From: Bacteriovoracia bacterium
GTDB lineage: Bacteria > Bdellovibrionota > UBA1018 > CAIPTA01
DNA: 64,000 nt
Direction of reading: 5' to 3'
Assembly: GCA_050246755.1 (NCBI GenBank)
Contig: JBFWVL010000001.1
Coordinates: forward strand, 928,001 to 992,000
Shown piece after piece: positions 56,901 through 64,000 of the stretch; the stretch's first letter is position 1, and the number at the start of each line of letters is the position of its first letter. A program made the position numbers and the translations under genes. The notes below the pieces were generated by a model. That model ran no database searches. It saw only the letters and a list, made by a program, of their open reading frames with translations, and was not told the DNA's origin.

Positions 56901-58136
56901 CTAAAAGAACATCGTTAGCGTCAGCTCGTTCACGAGCTGACGGTCGTTATTTACGCCGGCAAAGGTATTGGTTACTTCGAAGTCGAGCTTGAGGGGGGGA
57001 AACGTTTTCGTGCGCTTGTAGAGGGCGATCGTGTCGTAGGAAATGCCCGCTCTCAGGCGCTGGGCGATACTATTTGTTTCTACGGAAAGGAGGTCGTAGC
57101 GTTTCCCGCGCGCACCGGCATAGCGATCCGCACTTTTGCGGGAATATTCATATCCGCCCGCGATGGAGAATGAGTCGTAAATATTGAAAGTAACCGCCGT
57201 ACCCACCGTGATCGTATCGCCAATATTGCGGCTAAGCTTTTCCTTAGTTTCTGGACCGGGGAGTACATCATCCCCGCTGGTAGGAACACGCACATCCAGG
57301 CTATCCGCGAACACCATCTTATAGGCCGCCTTGGCGGCCAAACGAAGCGAGCGAATCGGGACCCAATTCATTACCAGCTGTGGCTCAAATGAAGTAAGGC
57401 CAAAGGCTCCGATGTCGGCCAAATCGTCTGGATCATTCTTTTTACCCGTGGGTAAGCTTAAGGACCCTTTGAAAAGGGCAGAAGTGCTATCTCGCTCGTA
57501 GAATTTATAGAGCCCTACGATCTGGGCATCGCCAATCATGGTCTCACTACGGTCTTCGAGAGCACGATATCCATTTGCGGCGAGCTTCTCTCTCACCGCA
57601 TCGGTGACCGCGAAATCGAGCTTCTCACACGCGCTTTTCACGTCGCCCACTTTACTGCTGAGTTGCCCGCAAATGCCCTTCACGTTGGAAGCCGATTGAA
57701 CCAGGCGTAATTTATTTTGGTAAAAAACCACCGGAAGAGCTCCGGCGAGAGTGAAATTACTCGTGATTCCCTGGGCGTAGACCGGCACTAAGTACTTAAC
57801 CGTCGGCTCAGTTTCGATACGAAGAGTGCCTAGGTCCACTTGTTGCCCGATATCTTGCTTGCTGAAGGCGTTCAGCGCGCTAACTAGCTTAGAAACGTTG
57901 GAATCCAATTTTTCAAGTTGGGCAGAGTTGAAGTGAATGGTGTTTATGTCGGAGAGCGAAAGGATGCTGCCATCGGAGGCATATTTAGAATCTACTCCCG
58001 TGATCATTCCGTACTTAAAAGCCGGAGAGTGGATCGTAGCCGGCAGGATTTCCGTGGAGTCCATAGCCCGAGCCGCGGGCGCAAGGAGGAGCAGTAATAA
58101 GCTAGTGAGCTGGCCGAGCATCTTCATAGGGTTCAA
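56901..58136 (-). CDS. Outer-membrane beta-barrel protein (MetA/phenol-degradation transporter-like)
   Basis: Signal peptide; IGDAQI..LSLPTGK..D motif; C-terminal LTLTMFF; start may be 58127. Confidence 0.7.
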   Translation of the reverse strand: MNPMKMLGQLTSLLLLLLAPAARAMDSTEILPATIHSPAFKYGMITGVDSKYASDGSILSLSDINTIHFNSAQLEKLDSNVSKLVSALNAFSKQDIGQQVDLGTLRIETEPTVKYLVPVYAQGITSNFTLAGALPVVFYQNKLRLVQSASNVKGICGQLSSKVGDVKSACEKLDFAVTDAVREKLAANGYRALEDRSETMIGDAQIVGLYKFYERDSTSALFKGSLSLPTGKKNDPDDLADIGAFGLTSFEPQLVMNWVPIRSLRLAAKAAYKMVFADSLDVRVPTSGDDVLPGPETKEKLSRNIGDTITVGTAVTFNIYDSFSIAGGYEYSRKSADRYAGARGKRYDLLSVETNSIAQRLRAGISYDTIALYKRTKTFPPLKLDFEVTNTFAGVNNDRQLVNELTLTMFF

Positions 58137-58203
58137 TAGAGTAACGTGAGATCGAGCAATTGTCGATCATTTTGGTCTGATTTTACCGACCGGCATATTT
58201 TAG

Positions 58204-58216
58204 CTAACTTATTGAT
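58204..58216 (-). promoter_or_regulatory. IHF binding site in the divergent barrel/mutS intergenic region
   Basis: Minus strand TATCAATAAGTTA, an exact match to WATCAANNNNTTR (coordinates within 1-2 nt). Confidence 0.5.
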
Positions 58217-58365
58217 ATTAATTAGGAATTTTGAGCGAATAAGGCTGGAACAGATGTCCTAAAAGTGATCAATTTTGGTAGTTTCTCCTGGCGATTTTTT
58301 CGTCACCAAGAGAATTTGACCACCCCCTCCCCAAAGGTTAGAAGTTTCCCGGGGAATTCAAAATC

Positions 58366-61044
58366 ATGAAAATGGCTGATTTAGAACGGCTGCCGAATAC
58401 GCCCATGTGGGTCCAGTATGCGGGGGTAAAGAAAGATGCACTCGATGCGCTTCTATTTTACCGAATGGGCGACTTTTATGAGCTCTTCCTCGAAGATGCA
58501 GTGGAGGCCTCCGCTATCCTTGGCATTACCCTCACCTCCCGCAATAAAGGAGAGGATCCCCCCATTCAAATGTGTGGCTTCCCCTTTCATAGCGCCACGC
58601 CTTATATCAATCGCCTCCTAAAAGCGGGAAAACGCGTTGCCATCTGCGAGCAGATTGAGAATCCGGCAGCCGCAAAAGGCATCGTAAAACGCGAGATTGT
58701 CCGCGTGGTGAGCCCGGGAATGGCCTACGACAATGACTCCTTGGATGGGGAACAAAATAATTTTCTCCTCGTGCTTAAGCCTCTAGAAGAACCCAATACT
58801 GGCGTTTACTGCCAAGCTGACCTCAGCACGGGCTCCATCGAGTACGCTTACTATTCCAACTTAGATCAACTTCGGGATGACCTCGCCCTTATTCAGCCCA
58901 AAGAAATCATCGCCCCCTCTGGATTGGTCGACACCCATTCCTGGAATGCATTCGCTGATGCCGTGGGCCGCGAGTATTTTCTTTGCGTAACTCCAGTACC
59001 AGATTTCTACTTCGAAGGCCGTGGCGCCACGGAACACCTACGACGGCATTTCGACGTACTGAACTTAGAGGGCTTTGGCCTCGCAGGCGACGACCCTGCA
59101 GTCGCTGTAGTGGGAGCCACCTTCCGCGCCATCAAGGACACCCAAAAACAGGGCAACCTTTGTCACCTCCAGGCTCCCCGTCCAAAATCACGCATAGGCT
59201 TCGTGCAAATGGACGAAAGCACCATGGAGCACTTAGATCTCTTTCCTAAGCCGGGGCAAAATCCCGCCGACAGCGTATTTCACCACCTCAATCGCACCTG
59301 CACGGCGATCGGTGCCCGCAAGCTGCGGGAGATCCTAGCTCGTCCCCTCGCCACTCTAGAAGCCATCGTGGCCCGCCAAGAGGCGATTTCCGAGCTGAAG
59401 GAAAAATCTTCACTCCTGAGCCGTATTCGAACCGAGCTTAGCGGAATGCGGGATCTCGAACGGCTTATCGCCAAGGTAGGCTTACGCACCGCTGGCCCCA
59501 GAGACATACAGGCCTTTCAACAAATTCTCGCACGTTTGCCAAAGCTAAAATCTTCTCTCGAAGACCTAGCACGCTCTCCGCTCCTCGCCGCGACAAAAAG
59601 CCAGCTTGGTGACTTTCACGAGCTGAACGCCTACTTAGAGTTAAGGCTGCGAGAAGAGCTTCCCGCTGTATCTCGAGAAGGAAATATCTTTCGTGCGGGC
59701 TGGCACCCCGCCCTCGATGAACTAATCCAGCTTACCGAAGACGGAAAAACCCTCTTGGCCTCGATGGAAGAGCAAGAGCGCGAGAAAACTGGGATCAACT
59801 CGCTGAAGATCAAATACAACCGCGTTTTCGGTTACTTCATCGAGGTAACCACGTCTAATCTCGCGAATGTGCCGCCGCACTACATTCGTAAGCAAACCAC
59901 CGCCAATGGCGAGCGATACCTCACGGAAGAGCTTAAGAAGTTCGAAGAAAAGGCACTGAGTGCCCAAGAAAAAAGAATTTCCCTCGAAGAGGCTCTTTTT
60001 CAGGAAGTACTGGACCGCGTTGCCTCCGAAAGCCAGGCTCTGTTAAAAACTGCGCGAGAATTGGCGTTGCTCGATGCCTTAAATGCTCTCGCTACCTCGG
60101 CCCTCGAATACGGCTACGAAAAGCCTATTATGGCAGAAGACGCCTCGCTTGAAATCGAATCTGGCCGCCACCCTGCGCTCGAACATATTGTAGGCCGGGA
60201 AAAATTCATCGCTAACTCCGTCAGCTTTTCTAACAAGGAAAAAGTCTTCTTGATCACTGGGCCGAACATGGCCGGTAAATCCACCTATATGCGCCAGGTG
60301 GCGCTGATCACGTTACTTGCCCATACGGGTTCCTTCGTTCCCGCGAAAAAAGCGCATATTGGCCTCGTGGATCGCATTGCTACCAGGGTCGGTGCTTCCG
60401 ACCGTATCGGACGCGGGCAATCCACCTTCATGGTGGAAATGAACGAAATGGCCCGCATCTTGCGCCAGTCCACCGGCAAAAGCCTGCTGATCATCGATGA
60501 AATCGGTCGGGGCACTTCCACCTTCGATGGTCTTGCTCTAGCCTGGTCAATCCTCGAAGAGATTGCTGAGGGACTTAGCTGCCGCACGCTTTTCGCCACC
60601 CACTACCATGAGCTTACGGCGCTCGAGCAACGTTACTCGGCTGTCCGCAACCTCTGCGTGGCCGTGGAAGAACAAAACGGCCAAATTGTGTTTTTGCACG
60701 AAGTGAGACGCGGCAAAGCTCCCGGTTCGTATGGACTTGAGGTCGCCCGCTTGGCTGGACTCCCCGCACCCGTAATTGAGCGAGCAAAGATTATTCTTAC
60801 TGGCTTGGAAAAAACCTCGGGTAAATCACAGAAAGCTCAAAAAGAAGTGTTATCTCAAGATGTTCAGCTTACATTTTTTAGCTCCCAACAGGCCTCCGCC
60901 GTTCCCGCTGAGGTGCCGGCACACTTGAAAAAGTTGGAGTCTGCTCTTCACCAGCTTGATCTCGAAAAATGCACTCCTTTCGAGGCGCTTTTAAAACTAA
61001 AGCAGTTTAAAGACGGCTTGCCCGCCGCCGGCCCCGCATGCTAA
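58366..61044 (+). CDS. mutS: DNA mismatch repair protein MutS
   Basis: RMGDFYELF, GPNMAGKST, STFMVEM, DEIGRGT, THYHEL, SYGL. Confidence 0.97.
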   Translation: MKMADLERLPNTPMWVQYAGVKKDALDALLFYRMGDFYELFLEDAVEASAILGITLTSRNKGEDPPIQMCGFPFHSATPYINRLLKAGKRVAICEQIENPAAAKGIVKREIVRVVSPGMAYDNDSLDGEQNNFLLVLKPLEEPNTGVYCQADLSTGSIEYAYYSNLDQLRDDLALIQPKEIIAPSGLVDTHSWNAFADAVGREYFLCVTPVPDFYFEGRGATEHLRRHFDVLNLEGFGLAGDDPAVAVVGATFRAIKDTQKQGNLCHLQAPRPKSRIGFVQMDESTMEHLDLFPKPGQNPADSVFHHLNRTCTAIGARKLREILARPLATLEAIVARQEAISELKEKSSLLSRIRTELSGMRDLERLIAKVGLRTAGPRDIQAFQQILARLPKLKSSLEDLARSPLLAATKSQLGDFHELNAYLELRLREELPAVSREGNIFRAGWHPALDELIQLTEDGKTLLASMEEQEREKTGINSLKIKYNRVFGYFIEVTTSNLANVPPHYIRKQTTANGERYLTEELKKFEEKALSAQEKRISLEEALFQEVLDRVASESQALLKTARELALLDALNALATSALEYGYEKPIMAEDASLEIESGRHPALEHIVGREKFIANSVSFSNKEKVFLITGPNMAGKSTYMRQVALITLLAHTGSFVPAKKAHIGLVDRIATRVGASDRIGRGQSTFMVEMNEMARILRQSTGKSLLIIDEIGRGTSTFDGLALAWSILEEIAEGLSCRTLFATHYHELTALEQRYSAVRNLCVAVEEQNGQIVFLHEVRRGKAPGSYGLEVARLAGLPAPVIERAKIILTGLEKTSGKSQKAQKEVLSQDVQLTFFSSQQASAVPAEVPAHLKKLESALHQLDLEKCTPFEALLKLKQFKDGLPAAGPAC

Positions 61045-61120
61045 GAAACCAGCCATGCCGCCATTCGATGAAATAGCACTTTTCGTGATCTTCGCCGCGC
61101 TTACGCTTTCGACGATGGCA

Positions 61121-62464
61121 TTAAAATTCGCCCAGATACTGCCTTAAAGCCCGATAGTGCGCTACCGACTCGGAACGCGCGTCTACCCCCGCAAATCGAA
61201 ATAGAAATAAACTGGAAAGCCGCTTGAATTGACGGCGCCAATGCACGGCTACATACCATATTACGCAGGAAAATATCGCATAGGCCACATAAGCCCCAAA
61301 TGGGTGCGCACATTCCGAGTATACGAAAAAATGCTTCACCAGCCAGAATTGCAATCCGAATATCAGGCTAAGTAAAATGGGAGCGGCAATTAAACGGATG
61401 CTCATTTTTTCCGTTTCATCCACGGCAACGTAGTCCACCAAGGTATTCAGGCAAAATTCGGGGAAGCTATTATTTATTAGATCAAATACGGCTAAGGGGG
61501 CGCATACGAGCATAAAAAGCCCGCGCGCGCGCCGACGCCAAGCTCCGATTTCTTTCCAGCGCAGTCGATGGCCCCAAGCCGGCACAGGAATGCGGTTATC
61601 TTTGGTGGCCTCCTCAAAAGCCCGCAAGCGAGCCTTCAACCCGTTCCAAAAATCCGTGTCGCTTTCTTTTCTCAGGAAAAGTTGCGCCGCCTCAAAACGA
61701 GATTTGCATAAGCCAAGCGCTACTAGTTTCCGCCCCAAATCTTGGGTTCTTTCGTCGCGAAAGTGGGGAAAATTACGAATCAGTTCCTGGGTGAAATCCT
61801 CCATGAACTTCGCCACGGCGGCATCACGGTCTTCATTATGCAGTTCCCGGTAGTCGGAAAATAAAAGCGGCTTGCCGTAATGAATGGTTAATCCGGATGC
61901 CACCTTGGTACGGCTTCCATATTCTAAACCAACGGGAAGAGCCTGCAATCCAAGTGAAAAGTCATGAGCCTCTTCCGCCGCAAATCCAAGCTTAGCCACT
62001 CCCGCCTTGAGTGGCAGCACTAAACCCGGCGCCACGATACTTGTGCCCTCCGGAAAGATGGCTAAGGGCCATCCCTCTTTGATCGCCTGAATCGCCAATC
62101 GAAAAGTAGCGCGGTTCTGCTGGCTCCGTGCCTCTTTAGAAATATTTTTTGCATCCTCTACGCGCGTAAGCGGCAGACAGCCCGCGAACTCAAGAAAACC
62201 TTTAATGGGAAATTGAAAAAGAGTGCTCTTAGCTAGAAACTTTGCCGGCATGGGTCCCTCGAATCCCGGGGGCATCGTATCGCACAGAAAATTTGAATGG
62301 GAGCTGGCCCAAATAAAACGCCCCGTAAGGTTCGGCTTATTCCTGCGCTTGATTGGATAGTAGGGAATAATCGTAAAGACGAAAAAAAAGAGAGCACGGA
62401 TAGGCGGGTAGAAAAATTTTTGCGTCAGCGAAGCAGACGATGGAAGTTTAGTTTGAACGGGCAC
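61121..62464 (-). CDS. Glycerol-3-phosphate/lysophospholipid acyltransferase (PlsC family)
   Basis: SHSNFLCD (HxxxxD), FLAKSTLF, IFPEGTS, PVGLEY; C-terminal TM helices. Confidence 0.85.
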   Translation of the reverse strand: MPVQTKLPSSASLTQKFFYPPIRALFFFVFTIIPYYPIKRRNKPNLTGRFIWASSHSNFLCDTMPPGFEGPMPAKFLAKSTLFQFPIKGFLEFAGCLPLTRVEDAKNISKEARSQQNRATFRLAIQAIKEGWPLAIFPEGTSIVAPGLVLPLKAGVAKLGFAAEEAHDFSLGLQALPVGLEYGSRTKVASGLTIHYGKPLLFSDYRELHNEDRDAAVAKFMEDFTQELIRNFPHFRDERTQDLGRKLVALGLCKSRFEAAQLFLRKESDTDFWNGLKARLRAFEEATKDNRIPVPAWGHRLRWKEIGAWRRRARGLFMLVCAPLAVFDLINNSFPEFCLNTLVDYVAVDETEKMSIRLIAAPILLSLIFGLQFWLVKHFFVYSECAHPFGAYVAYAIFSCVIWYVAVHWRRQFKRLSSLFLFRFAGVDARSESVAHYRALRQYLGEF

Positions 62465-64000
62465 GAATATCTTTGATCTTGAGCTCGAGACGGTTCAGGT
62501 TACGGAACGTATTGATCTGCGGATAACAAACGATATCTACCATTCCGTCCTCCGACTCTTTTATCCGGCCTTGGCCATTAGCCCAGAATCCCTCCAGGCT
62601 CTTATTTTGCGCCGTAGTAAACTGAATTTTCAAGTGCCGCTCTTTTAAAGTGCGCATTCCGGCCACTTTCCAGCCCGAAATAACAATAATTGGTTCGCTA
62701 TTGCCCATTCCGAAAGGAGAAAGACTTTCAAGGAAGGCAACCGACTGGTTCGAGAGATCTTCTTCGTCTTCCAGCTGAGCATCGGCCACCACTTCGCGAG
62801 TAAGAAGATTGGTAGGCCCTTCGGAAATAGCTTGCACTTGGGTGGCCACGGCAGCCACGAATGCCTCCCGAAACGCCGCCAGCTTACTACGCTCTACGGA
62901 CAAACCCGCGGCCGCTTTATGTCCCCCGAAACTCTTTAGATGAGCGCCAGCTTCTTCTAAGGCAGCCGTCATATCTAGCTTGCTGAATCCTCGCACCGAA
63001 CCCTTACCTAGGCCCGTTTGGGTACCGAACGTGATGATTGCCACTGGGCGGTGAAAGCGCTCTACGACCTTAGAAGCCACAATGCCGATCACGCCCTCAT
63101 GCCAGTCGTCGCCGCTAAGTACCAGCGCTGCGAGTTGATCGCCACCCACTGCCACCTGCTCTTCAGCTTGGGCTAACGCAGCCTCAGCAACCTCTCCCTG
63201 TACACGCATTCGCTCTTCGTTCACGCCCTGTAGCTTTTCCGCGAGTTTGGTAGCCTCCGCAGGATCATCGGTAGAAAGTAATTCGAGGGCCGCATTCGCG
63301 GAGCCTAGGCGGCCCGAAGCATTGATGCGTGGCCCGAGAATAAAACCTAAATGGTAGGTGCTTACTTCGTCTTGCTTCACTCCGGCCACGCGTAACATTT
63401 CGCGCAAGCCTACCGACGGAGACTTACGAAGCTTCTCCAAGCCGAATTTTACGATGATCCGGTTCTCATCTACCAAAGGAACCATATCGGCCACCGTGGC
63501 GAGAGCAGCAAGATCTAGAAGATCTCGAATGTCCGGCTCTTTTCCTCCAGGCCCATCGGGACCGAAATGCCCAATGTCCCTAAGAATGGAACGAGTGGCG
63601 ATCGCCAAATAAAATGCAACGCCCGCTCCCGAAAGCGAACGAATAGGCCCCTCATTATCGAGACGCTTGTGATCGAGTACCGCGTAGGCAGGAGGCAATA
63701 CTTCCTTGGGTTCGTGATGGTCACAGATGATCACTTCCATACCGAGTTCATTGGCGCGCTCTACTTCGGCAACACTCGTAATTCCGCAATCTACGGTTAG
63801 TAAGAGCTGGGCTCCCATTTCGGCAATGGCTTCGATTGCGGATTTATTTACTCCGTAACCTTCTTTCTGGCGGTCCGGCTGGTACACGATTGGATCATTA
63901 CCAAGCCCGCGCAAAAACCGGCGCATCAGTGCGGTTCCCACCGTTCCGTCCACGTCGTAGTCCCCATAAATGGCGATTTTTTGGCCTTCTACGATAGCTT
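62448..64000 (-). CDS. recJ: ssDNA exonuclease RecJ, 5' end beyond the window
   Basis: Frame open to the edge with IAIYGDYDVDG; TVDCG, DHH, GPRINASGR, GGHKAAAG. Confidence 0.96.
   Translation of the reverse strand, partial: AIVEGQKIAIYGDYDVDGTVGTALMRRFLRGLGNDPIVYQPDRQKEGYGVNKSAIEAIAEMGAQLLLTVDCGITSVAEVERANELGMEVIICDHHEPKEVLPPAYAVLDHKRLDNEGPIRSLSGAGVAFYLAIATRSILRDIGHFGPDGPGGKEPDIRDLLDLAALATVADMVPLVDENRIIVKFGLEKLRKSPSVGLREMLRVAGVKQDEVSTYHLGFILGPRINASGRLGSANAALELLSTDDPAEATKLAEKLQGVNEERMRVQGEVAEAALAQAEEQVAVGGDQLAALVLSGDDWHEGVIGIVASKVVERFHRPVAIITFGTQTGLGKGSVRGFSKLDMTAALEEAGAHLKSFGGHKAAAGLSVERSKLAAFREAFVAAVATQVQAISEGPTNLLTREVVADAQLEDEEDLSNQSVAFLESLSPFGMGNSEPIIVISGWKVAGMRTLKERHLKIQFTTAQNKSLEGFWANGQGRIKESEDGMVDIVCYPQINTFRNLNRLELKIKDIRARSN

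Overview
Gene-dense bacterial chromosome segment, most likely from an uncultured member of Bdellovibrionota. This is inferred from an S74-chaperone fibre, a TIGR02147/DUF4423 gene next to a GNGG-motif secreted protein, a GYF_2-PilZ hybrid and a MIDAS lipoprotein. It carries about 60 CDS and one tRNA-Leu(TAA). Housekeeping genes include pyrE, scoA/scoB/thiolase, htrA, hup, recQ-like, ugd, ssb, pyk, mutS and a partial recJ. I saw no CRISPR array, integrase, transposase, prophage or rRNA. Main candidates for something undescribed: (1) a ~10 kb surface-glycan tailoring locus beside tRNA-Leu (31135-40806) with a 2OG-Fe(II) oxygenase, three SPASM/twitch radical SAM enzymes, a GtrB-type GT2, an NDP-sugar reductase and a GT-C-like protein; two unrelated enzymes there end in the same ~57-aa C-terminal tag; (2) an unannotated transcription unit in the 49580-50031 gap with a sigma54 promoter, an IHF site and a hairpin, probably a small RNA; (3) a LysM-barrel / lipoprotein / trimeric fibre operon; (4) a sigma54-driven ABC-ATPase homologue with degenerate catalytic motifs; (5) a divergent SelO-like AMPylase; (6) a PSYPSYP-repeat secreted protein coupled to an O-antigen-ligase/O-OTase gene. 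All family calls come from motif recognition by eye; no database searches were run.
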